The notes beneath the pieces were generated by a model. That model was not told the origin of the DNA. It ran no database searches and worked only from the letters and a program-made list of their open reading frames with translations. 64,000 nt of DNA from Cyanophora paradoxa CCMP329 (lineage: Eukaryota > Plantae > Glaucophyta): assembly GCA_004431415.1 (NCBI GenBank), contig QPMI01000643.1, positions 1 to 64,000 on the forward strand, in the 5' to 3' direction. The position numbers and the translations under genes were made by a program. Below, piece by piece: positions 1 to 12,659 of this stretch (position 1 is the first letter of the stretch; the number at the start of each line of letters is the position of its first letter).

Positions 1-3000
1 GTAGGGAGATACTATACAGTCTGCTGACTGTCCATGTTTCATTATTGTCAAGAGAAGTGAATCGAAGGATGCCTTCATGTGTTCCACTTGGAATGGCGCC
101 AGAGCCTGTTGCCACAAATAACATGGTAACTCCTTGTGTGAAATCTATGGTCGCATATGAACCAGTAACGGGACGTACCATATACTGATGCGGCCAACCA
201 CCATTTGGCTCAAATCCATATGCAGGTTTGCTGTTGATTTCGTTCACAGTTGCTAAATATTTGAAAGACGATGAAATTCCAATAAGGTAATTAATGAAAT
301 TGTTATAACCACCCACATAGTTCCCTTTCGCAAAGTTGTCCATAAGCCAAATGGTGGCATTATTGGTTTTTGTCCTTGTTTCCTTACTGGCATTAAAGTA
401 AAGAAGGCATTCGCTAATGCTCAGTGGGTCAAACACATTGAAGTCAATGGGTTCTGTCATAAGATATGTGGAACCCATCATTAGTTTCTCTGTAATATTA
501 AGGTTTCCGCTTATAGTTCCTCCTGTCAATGGCAGGTAGCCTGCCAGCCAACCCTTTGTGACATTGGAAGTGGTAAAATCTGCCAGCCAGCCTTTTACAA
601 CATTCGAGTCAGCAGATGCATTGGTCAGCCCTCTAATAACATTTGATGTCCAAGCTCCGTGGCTACGGCTTCCTTTCTCAAATAAATACTTGAGGCTCCA
701 ATTGTATTGGCAACCAAAGGAACATCGAACTCTGCTGCTTCAGAGGATATATAGGCAGCTGTTTTTCCGGCATACACATTCTGCATATAATCTGTTGGTG
801 AATAAACACATTCGAGCAGAATTGGAATGCAAAGCCACCCTCTGCGTTAGAGTTTCAAGGTTCAAAGACTGTACCATCCAGAGCATCTATGTAGCCTGTC
901 CCTTGATCAATGTCATATAAATGCCCAAACTCATGATAAGCATCATTCCAGAGATTTGAGTGACCTCCTATATGGGGAACATACTTGAGCAGCAGCTGGT
1001 TATGTGGGATGGATAGCAGGATCCTCTACTAAATATGTGTCAATGGCAATCGGAGTTGTAATGGAGTCATTTATAATTAAGCTTCTATAAATTATTTGGA
1101 ATTGTTTCATCCTTACTTGCTCTACCTTCCCTTCTTGCAATCTCTTTCATGAACTGTGCATCCCCTGATGGTGCCTTGTTTTTGGGTCCTCTGCCATTTC
1201 GTATAATTGAGCCTGTGGTACCCTCAGCCCCAGTAGCTTGGACAGCAACAGCCCCAGCTGCTGTTTCAGTGACAGTTGCCGAGGTTGTGCAAATGCTGAC
1301 CCTGCAGCAATCACGAATCTCAAAAATATATAGACCGCATACAAAGCTCCAGCCCCACCAGCTAGCGAGCCTATAACGATACCAACTATGCGACCTATAT
1401 CTGGACCCCGGTTGGTTGGTCAGTCGTTTTAGGTGTTTCTTTTGAGGGTGGATTATCTGGATTGGTTGGGGTGTCTGTTGGATCGGGTTCATCTTTGGTT
1501 GGTTGGGTCAGTGGGTCACCTGTGCCACCTTCAGCAGTGAATGGCTGGGTGTAACCGCTTTTAAAGACAATAGGTGCATCTGCTGCCCCTCTGGTTGCGC
1601 TTCCTGATATTGTGCCATACTTGGACTGCAGGTAATTGAAAAGGGCTGTAGACACAGGTGGATGGGCAATCCCATGGCATACCCAAACATTGCAAGTGGT
1701 GTCATATGTGCTGTTGTTCACCAAGCTGGGCAGTGGGGTTGCTGAAAAGCTCTGCAGGAGACCATTTCGAGACAGCAGTCTTGTTCCTTCATTTGCGAAT
1801 CCACCCTCGTAGAATTTATTGGCGGATAATGTGTTCTGTACATAAATATTGCAGCTGCTCCACATTCCCAGGGGCAGAGTTGTATTGGGTGTGTACCTAT
1901 CTCGCAATGTAAATGTCAGTGTCCATTCAAAGTCTGTTTGGATATACCTATTTTGATTTTTGGTTGCTAATGTTCCTGTGGATCCATTGAACGTGAAAGA
2001 ATTAAAGAAGCTGTCAAATGTGTTGTTTTTGTAATCGTAATAAATCATCAGGCCATCTGTGGAGGACTGGAGGGTGAAAAAGTCCTTCCAGTTCACATTC
2101 ATAAATTGATTGGCATCAATGTCCACCCTTGGGTACGACATGTTAACACTCTCTGATTGGTAAGGTACAAACGCAGCCCATTTCTTGTCATAAAGGTAGC
2201 CATACTTCACTGGATTCTCTGATTTGTAGTGGTAAGGAACTTTTACGGTAATTGTCTGTTCTCTCTGAGCAAAAGTACTGCCTACCACAAGGTTCTGGGT
2301 GCGGAGATTATCAGGATTAAAGGTCAAATAATTGCTGGTGTTGGTGATATTTGTGGTGAACACTGTGTTTCCACCGGATTGCCCAAAGACTGCCCCATTG
2401 ATTGTTTTGACAAAGAGAGCATCTGTGTCAACTGGATAAGTGATCGAAGGCGATCCTCTGGAGTGTATTGAGCTACATTGCCCACTGCTGTCCAGCCGAT
2501 TGTGTAAGGAGGGGTGCCTGATTGAAATACAAACCTGCAGGGTACAAATTTATGTCTTGGTGAAGTGTGGTTGTGCCAACCAATGTGAATCCTGTATTTG
2601 TCACATTAGTCACACTAAAAGGGGATGTGGTTGTTGTAGCAGGATAGGTTATTCCATTCACAATTGTTGCTTTGAAGTATGTATTTGTATCTTGTAAAGT
2701 CACTGTGGGGCTGATAGGAATGGGTGGCAAAAGTAATATTATACACATGGGAGGGGTGCCATTCACTCTGTATTGATTGTTCATATTATAGCTCTGTAGA
2801 TCAGCATAACCAAATTGCTTCGATCCTGTTTGGATAAATTGCTTGAACCTTTCAGATTGTGGTATGAGATGCTTGGAGTTGTATCCGCCAAAAAACTGTT
2901 TACAGAGCTGATAGTGGATAGGTTAGTTTTGGTCATAAGGATTTTGTTTGTGTTCACATTGCTGGAGTACACACTCTGCCAGTTGCTGGATGCTGATCCT

Positions 3001-4580
3001 AGAGTGCGGCTCTGATCTTGGGGAAGATACTTGCTGCCCGGATATTGCTATTTATTTTGATGTAGGGTTCTCCGTATATTGGAACATTATGTACAGCAGT
3101 TACATTAAATTTGAATGTGCAGAATTTGCTACTTTAGTGATTGGGGTTACCATTTCAGGCATGGGCATGTTGAAAGTCACATCAAATCCTGTCATTGTAA
3201 CATTCGTTATGTATGCCTGATCGTTGATAACAGTGTTTGTTTGATCAAAGTAATCTGTCAAATCGAATATCGTGGCAGTTGGAAGCTCGGCTGGATCCGT
3301 AATACCAAATTCAGCCCATGTAAAGGAATAGGTTGGAGGGGAAGGTAAGCTACCATGTAGATACCGAGGATTTGAGTGGTGGCAGTTTCAGTCTTCGTAA
3401 AACTCTTTGTGTTCGTATAGGTTTGGGTTCCAATCTTCCCATCGAAAGTAATTGTAGCTTTTGAATCTGCATTGTTGATGAGAGTCAGGCTATTAAAATT
3501 TGCTTTGTTTGCATTTACTTCCATCCACCTGAGATTGGAAAGACCAATTCTATACTTATTATCGGTTGCTGGGTAAATGTTCCTCTTTGCCAAAATGCTT
3601 GCCAATGTGATCGCAAGAACTCCATCTGCAGCGAATAAAGTATTGATCTCGGATTGCAGGGCTGCAATCTCGGTGCTGTGGGCAGTGAGGGTGGTGTCCT
3701 GGCTCGTATCTTTCGTATTTTTGGCTAGCTTGAAGTTCAAAAACTCTTTCACAATATCCTCTCCCAGCAGATTGTTTATGTTCTCCCTTGTGATATGCAA
3801 ATGCCCAGTTCGAAGCGCTTGCTTTTCTGTGTTGAATACTGGGATCTCCTCTGCCATCGATATGGTGGTTTTATCCAGGGCGATCGATCGAACCACTGGA
3901 GCATTTGAGCCAATCGCTCCCACCAATTCTCCATCCTGGTAAATCTCCAGCATGGGCTTTGTTGAATCTGCAGTGAAGGTCCCCTCTGCAATTGGTGGAA
4001 CATAGCTGCCATCCTTGATTACGAATCTATTTACTGAAATATTAGAAGTCAAAAGGTTGCTTGTCGATAATGTTCCTGCCTTGATTGTGTTCACTTCCAG
4101 GTTGCTCGTAAAAACATTGCTCGCTGAAAGATCGTGGGCTATTTCAACCTTTGTCTTTCGATTTGATACACCAGCAATTAGGGTGCTATTATCCGAAATT
4201 CGAAGGGCTGCATTCTGGTGACCCGTTTCATCCTGGACAAAGAAATTCAATCGACCCCTATCGAAGGACTTGGGTATGTTCCTTCGATTGTATTTAACTG
4301 TTTTGGGTATCTGGCGAGTTGCTTGGATGCTTGCAACCCTATTCCGCTCGTTATCATCGAGCAGAAAATCGATTCCCAATTTATTATCTCCTGGCTCAAC
4401 ATTTACCAGCTGCAATGCGGCCGGTCTGCTGGGTGTTCCACTAATGGGATCCTCCCGATCCCCATTGAATTCAATTCTCAACGACCCTCTGATCTCTGGG
4501 TTTACCAGATCAATCGGCTCTTTCTCAGGGACTGAAACTTTAGCCTGCGGAATATCCGGTCGTGGATTCAAAAACGACAT
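1..4580 (-). CDS. Giant fibre/receptor-binding protein with LamG/ConA-like modules (several frameshifted ORF pieces, runs off the window; may be more than one gene)
   Basis: N-terminus (DRGRLNFFVQDETGHQNAALRI) aligns with 60387+ (DSGRLIFNVQDEQGKQNTGLRI). Manual translation of ~690 down to 1 gives TSNVTKGWLAGYLPLTGGTISGNL...CLLYFNAS...TIDFTQGVT, matching the B fibre (YLPLTGGTITGDL...CLLRFNAS...TIDFSGGIT). Piece 1395-2363 has a LamG-like ending (NYLQSKYG). Confidence 0.7.
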
Positions 4581-4597
4581 ATCTAATAATATTATGT

Positions 4598-5013
4598 TTA
4601 TTTATTGTAAGGAGCTTTGTAGGGGAACCTTTGCATTACTTGCATGTCCCACTTTTGAACGTTTAATTTTTCTTTGAGAATGGCATCAATATCGTGAGCT
4701 ATTCCCATTGTTTTCAGCTGGGCGTCCTTTCCACAGGTAAATATGTCCAGAGCCAGCAGACCCCGATCACTGTATGAGTGAGCAGTCACATGCGATTCAT
4801 CCAGCAAAAAGCCAATCGCAAATCCCGGGGGGCTGACCGATCCATCGAACACACAGGATTTCTTGTGGACTATACGAATCCCATTCGTCTTAATGGCAAG
4901 ATCCAATGCAAGGGTGACCCATTCCGCAAACTCCTCTGGGTCTCCTTGACTGGGTCGGTGATATAATCCAGAAAAACGTGGTAGCCTTGATATTTTAAGC
5001 AATTCAGATCCAT
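4598..5013 (-). CDS. speD: S-adenosylmethionine decarboxylase proenzyme, short prokaryote-type (one frameshift near 4950)
   Basis: LLDESHVTAHSY...LALDIFTCG contains the ESH autocleavage motif and the catalytic Cys. The upstream frame gives MDLNCLKYQGYHVFLD, matching GYHVMLD of the copy at 42833-43243. Confidence 0.9.
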
Positions 5014-5053
5014 TATTATAATGACCAGGGAAAATTTTTGTAATGTATGGTAA

Positions 5054-6522
5054 ATGAAAAGCATCCTGGCATTGAGTGGTGGGGTTCTCGAGGAATTATT
5101 GAGGCTGCCATACTGGCCCAGATTGAAGCTCAAACAGGAAAACGAATCCAGCAGCTGTTCGATGTTTTTGCGGGAACATCCACAGGTGGATTAATTGCGC
5201 TTCTATTAAATATCAAAGCCCCTGATGGCAGTCCGAAATACACTGCCACCGATATTCTGGCTCTCTATAAGTCGAAGCTTCCGCAGATATTTGCAAACCC
5301 GAGAGTTCTCTCGTCAATTGTGCAGAGACCCAAATATGAAGCCACCAATCTGGAGGCTGTTGCCCTGGAACTTTGCGGATCCGCAACAATGGCTGATTTA
5401 TACAAACCGACTGTGGTGACTGCATTTGATACAGTTCTGATGTCTCCGGTATTTATTACCAGCAACGATGAGGGGATCAATGGAATGCTGGTTCGAGATG
5501 CTGCAAGGGCTACTTCGGCTGCCCCAACCTATTTCGAACCCAAACAGGTCACAGTCGCTGGGAGAACATACTGTTTAATCGATGGCTGCATGAGCGGAAA
5601 TAATTCTCCCGGTGTCTGTGGCTACACATTTGCAAGGAAACTGTATGGAATTCGTGTGAGGAGGAATTCATAGTTGTCTCTGTGACTGCTGGTCACATTC
5701 AGGACTTGGACAAAGCCTCTGCCGGTTATTCCTATGATACTATGAAGACCTGGGGGTTGTTCAGTGGATCCTAGGTGCAAGTGGATCTCCCATTTTGAGC
5801 ATGCTGCTGGAATCGAGCGATCTGAATGCCCACGAAAAGCTGCTGGAATTACTACCCAGAAACGATGATCAGAACTACGATCGCTATTATAAGCTGAGTG
5901 TTCCTCTGCCCAAAACAAGATGGTCCTCGATAATATTACCACGAGCCACCTTCAATTCCTTGAAAACGAAGCTCTCAGCTTTGTTTCGGCCCAGCAAACT
6001 TATTTCAATGCTATGTATTCCATTCTGACCATGAACATGACAGAAGGGGATGTTCCCATTCAGAATCTCAGTGGCTGTACCGATCTGGCAGCCCCTCCAG
6101 AGTCCAATTGGGTTCCTTTGGAGAACAGTGCTTTTTCCGCTGATTTTGGAACTGCTTCGAATGCTCGTTGGTCCAATGCTACAGGCTGGGTAGGATTCCC
6201 AAATCCCCACAGGGAACAAGATCAGGAGGGAATTTCCTTCGAATCGATTTCCCTCGTTTATTCATGCTTTCCTCTATAAAAATGAAACCTGCTGCCAATG
6301 GCAACTATATTAAAACGTTTGAGATCGATTATCAAGCCACTCCTGGTGTATCATCTTTATCTCCCTACACTGAAGGTGGCTCAACGAGAGTGTTTACAAA
6401 TACTGCTGGTGAAAACGAGCATGTTCTCGCAAATCCAAGGCCATTCGAACCCTGCTTGTTTGGCCCTCACCACAGAGGGAGCCTCTGCATGCAGAATTGA
6501 TTTCGAGGGCTATTACGCTTAA
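5054..6522 (+). CDS. Patatin-like phospholipase fused to a C-terminal discoidin (F5/8 type C) domain, multiple frameshifts
   Basis: Reconstructed MKSILALSGGGSRG, then GTSTGG, ATSAAPTYF and LIDG. The pieces end RIDFEGYYA and align along the whole intact homolog at 58787-60343. Confidence 0.88.
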
Positions 6523-7366
6523 TCAATGAGCAGCTCCAGCTGGAATGAGTAAGAGAGTCCATTTAGATCCGCAATGTCCCCTCTCCATTTTCTGAGCGAG
6601 ATTGTGAGCTTATCTAGGTCCAAAGGGGTTGTGACATTCACGAAGGGAACACTCGAGCTAGGCTCACTGTAAAACGAATATTTACCAAAATCGGAATTCA
6701 TTTGGATCCTTAGTAAATAGGAATCATCCGCAGGATTTTGCCTGCTAGTTGCTGCATTGAATTTCATAAATGGTCTAAGCTCCTCTACATCTAAGTAAAT
6801 GTAAGCCAGTGCATTAAAGTCGATCATTTTGGGGCAAACCAGTTGGTATCGGTCTTCAATTCCTGGTACATTTATTGGTCTTGCTTCGGTTGTGCTTTGG
6901 TAGATAGTATCTGGTTCAATGCCAATACAGTCACAGAGTTCCCGATCTGAGCTTTGAATTGTGAATTGATTGCTGGGCGATGTGAATACAAGACGACTCA
7001 TCCCTACATCTAAGAGAACTTTATATGCCTCAATTCCAAGCGGGTTGAAGTTGCCCCACTAAATCCCAGAATAGAATCTGTTCCCAACGAAATATCTAGT
7101 GGAATCCTTCTCCCTTCAGAATTAAGAGTATAATAATCGTTGATACTTGGGACAGGATCCAGAAAATGAAAGGCTGGAATGCTCAGGGGTTGATCGCTGC
7201 CAAGGGCAGTGATTGTGAGTTTCTGGTCCGGTGGAACAACATAGCAGCTGTTGGGGATTTCCGCTGAGAGGATTCGGAATTTCCTTATATTGCTGATGCG
7301 ATTTTTGAGATGCAGAACCCCATCTTCGAGATCCCTGCTGTCGCAATTTATCGTGATTCTTTTCAT
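6519..7366 (-). CDS. Minor capsid (penton)-like protein 1 (frameshift near 7005)
   Basis: INCDSRD, SAEIPNS, YIYLDVEEL and LNGLSYSFQLE form a penton-type pattern; homolog of 57862-58797. Confidence 0.72.
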
Positions 7367-7382
7367 ACTTTATAATAGTAAG

Positions 7383-8297
7383 ATGAAAGAATATCTAAGC
7401 TTCTCTAGCGATGAGCGAGACCCCGATTACACAGAACCGAACAGCTATGTAATTACCTTACCCAGGCGTTACGATAATGTAAAATCGGTTCGGCTCGTTC
7501 AGGCAACAGTTCCCAATGTCATTTCCAATGTGTCCAAAGATATTGATAAAACTGGAGCAGATGTGAATCGAATGGACATCTATTTTTCGGTCACATCCGC
7601 TGATTCAGGCTTTATTACCATAACAATTCCCAAAGCCCACTACACAAAAGATTCTGTGGCGGAGAAGATAACAGAACTACTCGAGGCCGCTCGTGTCTCA
7701 AGTTTTGGAGGCATCTATATAAAATGCCGGTACAATCATACTGTAAAATGCTATGAATTTTTCAGTAATGCTAATTTCTGGTTCCGATTCACACTTGCTT
7801 CAGCTGATTCTCTCAAGCAATCCCGATTCAGGTCCACTGTAAATCGAAAACTCCAGTTCTTTGGTTTTAAATCGATCATTGCCTATTCCGGTGAACTGTT
7901 TACTCCTCCTGCCTCGGATACATTCTTAGTCTCTGGTGGCATCACACTGAATAGACGCATTCGAGGCTTCACCAGTGGAGATGAAACACCAGAATCCATG
8001 CTCTGGCTCTACATCGATGAATTTGCTCCATTTATCCGGTCAGTTAATAAATATGTGGATGGCTACTTCATGAGAATCCCGATCCCTCAAGAGCTTGAGC
8101 ATGGATCAATTTACCATTTCGATACATCAGTTACTGTCCCCCTTGTCCGAGAATTTAGAGAATTAAAGTCGTTTGATCGCTTGACAATCAAACTTATTGA
8201 TCACGATGGGAAGCTTCTCGATTTTGGAGCCTGGCAGCATTATTTCACCTTCGAAATCGAAACCTACGATGCCCCTCCGCAAATGAATTTCTATTGA
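7383..8297 (+). CDS. Minor capsid (penton)-like protein 2
   Basis: FSSDERD..PNSYVITLPRRYDNVKSVRLV at the start and LTIKLIDHDGKLLDF..FTFEI at the end; homolog of 56822-57853; lies next to the MCP. Confidence 0.75.
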   Translation: MKEYLSFSSDERDPDYTEPNSYVITLPRRYDNVKSVRLVQATVPNVISNVSKDIDKTGADVNRMDIYFSVTSADSGFITITIPKAHYTKDSVAEKITELLEAARVSSFGGIYIKCRYNHTVKCYEFFSNANFWFRFTLASADSLKQSRFRSTVNRKLQFFGFKSIIAYSGELFTPPASDTFLVSGGITLNRRIRGFTSGDETPESMLWLYIDEFAPFIRSVNKYVDGYFMRIPIPQELEHGSIYHFDTSVTVPLVREFRELKSFDRLTIKLIDHDGKLLDFGAWQHYFTFEIETYDAPPQMNFY

Positions 8298-8352
8298 TTC
8301 GCTAAATTATTTTCTACTGCGAAAAGTAGAGACTAACCCGCTCACTTCCACC

Positions 8353-9678
8353 ATGGAAACAAATTCGCAATTCCAGCGCCCAACCCTCAAGTCTATGCTT
8401 ACAACCGATGATTACAAGGATTTCTTCCTAAACAAATCCCTTGTCATCGGTACCTCTTCAGGAACCAAGCCCCTTCGAGTCCAGGTTGCTCCAGATACCG
8501 AGCCTTCCAATGCCCTTGGCAACCGAGTCGTTTTCAAGATCCCTCGCTACCATTTCCTCAATGGCATAGCCCTTCAACTCGATCTGAACCCAATGGTGTT
8601 CGGTGAAAGCAACCTTTCAGGAGGCAATGCTGCTGCCTCTACTGGTTACCTCCGTGTAATCGGTTCGCTCATCAAGCGCATGGAGATTTCCCATGGTGCT
8701 TTCCGCTATGTTGTCCCAGAGGATTTCGTCACCCAATATTTCCTTCTCACAACCGAGACTGGTGATTTAGACAGACGCCTTCGTTATGTTGGTGGAGTAG
8801 TAGGAACTAACTATCATGGCAATACAAACGGTGGAACCTATGAGATCGATCTGCCTTCACCCTTTGAGAAGGCTATGTTCCCACTTTGCGCTATGAACTC
8901 TGAGATAGTTGTTGAAATTGAGTTCAAGAATGTAACTGATGGTATTATTGAAGACACAGATGGCAAAACAGACATTGCAATTGCTGGAAGCTCTCTCAAA
9001 GTCCTCAAGCCCAGACTTGTCTGCAAGGTTGTCAATGCTGATGAAGCGGTTGTATCTGAAACAATTGCCAGAGTCAAATCCACTGGCATTGCCATCCCCT
9101 ATAATGAGATTGGCTTCCTTCACACTGATTTCACCCCTACTGCCTCTGGCGCTCGTGTCAACCTTTCTCAGCTTACAGGCGCTGGTTTAATCCACACTCT
9201 TGCATTCTCAGTTCGACAACTCGCTAAAGTGCGAACTAATAATGGATCTGCATCAGTCCTTCGTCCAACTGCGCTTCGTACCAATGCTGTCAATTTCTAT
9301 GTTGAGCTGAACAACAATCGCCTCTACTCCAACACTGAACTACCTCTTTTGGTCGCTTCATCGGAACTCCAAGATAAATATGGCGCTGCTCTCTCTGCTG
9401 ATGACTTGGCTTTTCCTGCTCTTTCAGGTATCTTCTTCGGTGCTGGCAATGGCAAAGCTGCCCTCCTTAACCAGGAGCAAACAGGCTATGTTGATGCCAC
9501 AGGAACATCAGCCTTTGATATTGTGTTTGGATTCAATGCAATTACTGCCGCAGGTGATCCTGGTAACACCGAATGGTACGCAGGCGGAAGCTATCAAAAA
9601 ATGTACCTCCAATGCATGGCTCTCGCTCACAATATCCTCATTGTTGGAGCCGATGGTATTCGTCGCGTCAGTGCTTAA
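8353..9678 (+). CDS. Major capsid protein (putative double jelly-roll)
   Basis: 441 aa, beta-rich, with GNRVVFKIP and FPLCAM..EIVVEIEF patterns; sits between penton and ATPase; homolog of 55398-56767. Confidence 0.78.
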   Translation: METNSQFQRPTLKSMLTTDDYKDFFLNKSLVIGTSSGTKPLRVQVAPDTEPSNALGNRVVFKIPRYHFLNGIALQLDLNPMVFGESNLSGGNAAASTGYLRVIGSLIKRMEISHGAFRYVVPEDFVTQYFLLTTETGDLDRRLRYVGGVVGTNYHGNTNGGTYEIDLPSPFEKAMFPLCAMNSEIVVEIEFKNVTDGIIEDTDGKTDIAIAGSSLKVLKPRLVCKVVNADEAVVSETIARVKSTGIAIPYNEIGFLHTDFTPTASGARVNLSQLTGAGLIHTLAFSVRQLAKVRTNNGSASVLRPTALRTNAVNFYVELNNNRLYSNTELPLLVASSELQDKYGAALSADDLAFPALSGIFFGAGNGKAALLNQEQTGYVDATGTSAFDIVFGFNAITAAGDPGNTEWYAGGSYQKMYLQCMALAHNILIVGADGIRRVSA

Positions 9679-9727
9679 ACTGATGACCAGAGTCAGTCTT
9701 ATTTTTCTCTCGTTTTATAGTGAAAAC

Positions 9728-10583
9728 ATGTCCGAACTAGAAGAGTTTGATGCCTTCTCCATGATAGAACCCCCTTTCAGGGCAATCTTCATTGGGCGCT
9801 CCAACACTGGTAAATCAGAAGCTTGTCTGTACTGGATTAAACAGCTTCACGATGCAAAAAAGATCGATGCCGTAATTGTGGTGACTGGTACAAAGTTCAA
9901 TAATTTCTGGAATCCAGTCACCCCAATGGTACTCGATGGCTGGGATCCCGTTTTCATACGCAAGCTGCTGGATGCAAGGCAGCAAAAGATTGCTGCAGGC
10001 GGAAAAGTGAATGAGTTATTAATTGTTTTGGATGATTTGATCGACAATGAGCATGTGGATCTCCATAAAGATAAAATGATTGCATCCCTGTACACGAGGG
10101 GTCGCCATTCCCATATAAGCATCATGGTTATTACCCAAAAAATGCGAAAGCTTTCCAGTACAATTCGAGTGAACACTGAGTACACTTGCATTCTCAATGC
10201 CAGCAATCGCTTGGAGCTGCTCGCAATCGAGGAAGAATATAACACAGGTCCAAAGATGATTTCTTCAAGCTTTTCAAGGAGTATGTGCATTCTTATCAGT
10301 ACCTTGTGGTTTCTTCCGCTGGGTATGATACATCCATGTATGTAGATAAAGCAACACTGGTGAGGGACTTCAATTTCCCGAGGTTCCACAAGGGGTGCAA
10401 TTGTATGAGGAAAAGAAACGCAAGGCAAAAGAGGGTGAAGCCCAAAAAGAACCAACTTGCAAGGATTCAAAAACAATTTGCAAAACTTTGTCGAAATTTG
10501 AACAAGAGCTTGAAGGTATTCCGAATCTTTCCCAAATTTCGCCAAACAAAAAGAAAATGTTGCTAAAAGTTAAACGAAGGTAA
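9728..10583 (+). CDS. A32/FtsK-like genome packaging ATPase (frameshift near 10250)
   Basis: Walker A GRSNTGKS, Walker B LIVLDD, RGRH...ITQ motif; closely similar to 54562-55344. Confidence 0.92.
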
Positions 10584-10585
10584 AG

Positions 10586-11298
10586 ATGGTTTATCGCAAG
10601 AAGCCCAAACCCGTTCAAGCTTTTGCCTCTGGCAATCCCAATCAAGCCCAGCAAGAATCCGGTCTCACCTCTGGTGGTGGCAATGAGATGCCCGAGTACC
10701 TTATCGATACCAACCCAGATGTTGTAGCCAAGGAAGAGGCCATTATTGCTGACGCAGTTTCCAACAAAGGAAACACAGACAGTGGTAAACGACAGGTGGA
10801 AGATATGACCGAAGCCAAATCCCAGATTGCCGGTGGAACCCCTGATGCAAACACAGACAAGGTCATCAAAGCCCAGGTCACTGCCACCCAGCAGAAAACC
10901 AAAGATGTCCCCAGGTTGCTGAATCGGAACTCAAGAAACGAGGTCCCTATCAAAAACACACAGTACCTTCGGAGGTTGTTATGAATTTTGAGGAAAAAGT
11001 ACGAAACCTTGAAATGAAAGTAGCAAACTACGAAAAGTGGGTTCAAAACTACGAGGAGCGAAAATCTATGAAAAATTTGGTTAAAAAGGAAATTTCGAAA
11101 CTCGGATTGAAATCAAAGGTCGATGTTGAAGAAATTAAAAAGGAGGATAAGACAGATACACAGGCTGCAACTCGCCAGCAAAATGTTGCCCCGCAGTACA
11201 CCCACATCGTTCCGACAGCCCCACCAATTATGCATCGATGCTTGGTGGAAAGCGAATTGTTCGCTAATGCCTGTGAATGTCAGCAAGGCATAATTTAA
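10586..11298 (+). CDS. Conserved hypothetical protein with a coiled coil (two ORFs, probably one frameshifted gene; candidate core protein)
   Basis: KVRNLEMK...KSMKNLVKKEISKLGL aligns with KLKDLEAK...SKLKEMLRKEVFKMGI in 53799-54533; same position after the ATPase. Confidence 0.6.
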
Positions 11299-11448
11299 CC
11301 GGTCCGTATTTCGATCGAGTTTTAATGTGGACACCTTTGCAGAATGGGCAGGTTGGCTCTGTGAAAAGTATGATGAGATCCACCAGCTCGTATGGGAACA
11401 AACGAGCCAGCAGCAGTCTCATTTACTCTACATGACTAAATAATTTAT

Positions 11449-11712
11449 ATGCATACGTTAGCAAATGGATTGCATCTCTGGAATAATAGAGATGTTTACG
11501 TTTCATCTGCGGGTCACTGCCAGCAGGGCTGCTGTGATGTTGAAGTGAGTGTTGGTGTGAACAGCGAACCGAATTCTCGCAGGAACTCTCTGGAGCCTGT
11601 GAGGCGGAGGTCGATTGAAGGAGATCTGGAGCAGGTCCGGTCTCAGTTTGAAGGGGAATCCGCTTGGTCAATTCCTTTGGAACAACAAACCGAACCTGGT
11701 CTTTCACGATGA
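11449..11712 (+). CDS. Small Cys-cluster hypothetical protein
   Basis: VSSAGHCQQGCCDVEVSVG resembles VTSNYKCSCCDTTIDVSIG in 53248-53514; both have a late SAW. Confidence 0.55.
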   Translation: MHTLANGLHLWNNRDVYVSSAGHCQQGCCDVEVSVGVNSEPNSRRNSLEPVRRRSIEGDLEQVRSQFEGESAWSIPLEQQTEPGLSR

Positions 11713-11751
11713 TTGATTTTACTAAATTCACAACTGGCGAGAACTTGTAGA

Positions 11752-12006
11752 TTACCAGGCAATCAGCAAAGCAAAATACGTGAACCACCCTAAGCCCCTC
11801 CTCCTAATTCCCCAATCCCTCTTTAGGTAGTTTCCAGGTAGTGAAAGTGTTATTTCCTCGCTGAATGCCTTTTTCATTGAGTAGAGTTTAAAGAATATGC
11901 CTTTTTGCGGTGCATTTAGCTGGTAGTACTGAAATAAATCTAGATCCTCTATAGGGACCTTGTAGTAGCGCTCTAAAGCAGTCTTGATTGCCGGTCGATC
12001 CATCAC
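11752..12006 (-). CDS. Hypothetical protein
   Basis: 84-aa ORF filling the gap, divergent from 12075 across an ACTTAAG-containing spacer; no recognisable motif. Confidence 0.4.
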   Translation of the reverse strand: MMDRPAIKTALERYYKVPIEDLDLFQYYQLNAPQKGIFFKLYSMKKAFSEEITLSLPGNYLKRDWGIRRRGLGWFTYFALLIAW

Positions 12007-12074
12007 AAAAAATGACTTAAGGATAATCCGCTACTTAAATTAGAGAAAATAATTTTCTAAGCCTTAAGTAGAGA

Positions 12075-12468
12075 ATGTCGGATTCAGAGAAAGCCCCAGC
12101 GACCGCTGAAGTTAAGCCCAAGAAGCGCTACCAATTGACCCCAGAGCAGAAAGAAGCGAGAAACCAGAAATACCGCGAGCGGTACCACAGTGATCCCGAG
12201 TTCAGAGCCAAAGAGCTGGCGGATCGCAGAGCAAGATACGAGAGATCAAAGGATAAATACCTCGAGAAAATGGCGGTCCAGAAACAGCAAAAATACGAAA
12301 TCGATGCGGAGTTCAGAGAGAAAAAGAAGGCCAATCGCTGGCATACTACCACAGAAAGCATGCAGAGAAGTTGGCCGCTATTGCAGCGGGAGTAGCTCCT
12401 GAGAAAGCAGAGCCAGCAATCCCTTCGAAAACCGGAAGACCCGCAAGTACAACAAGGAATCGCAATGA
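12075..12468 (+). CDS. Small basic DNA-binding protein (DPEFR repeat, probable C-terminal AT-hook after frameshifts)
   Basis: YRERYHSDPEFR and YEIDAEFR repeats. Downstream DNA accggaagacccgcaagtac reads TGRP/RKY with a one-base shift. Similar to 53540-53770 and 48415-48606. Confidence 0.6.
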
Positions 12469-12659
12469 ATCGTGAGAGACAGACCGATATGTATATTTTT
12501 TATGTACAGGACCGATTAATCGGTTTTGTATCGTGGGGAGAAAATTTGATTTGTCCCGTGGGACCAAAAAATGACTTAAGGAAAAGCCACATAGGTTAAT
12601 TAACGAAAGGGGGAATTTACCCTATCTGGCAAAAATATTTTCTTGGCATAAAGTAAACA

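Noticed and set aside
7251-7382. Upstream extensions of ORFs 7251-8297 and 9380-10345
   Set aside because: They overlap neighbouring genes; homology with B supports starts at 7383 and 9728.
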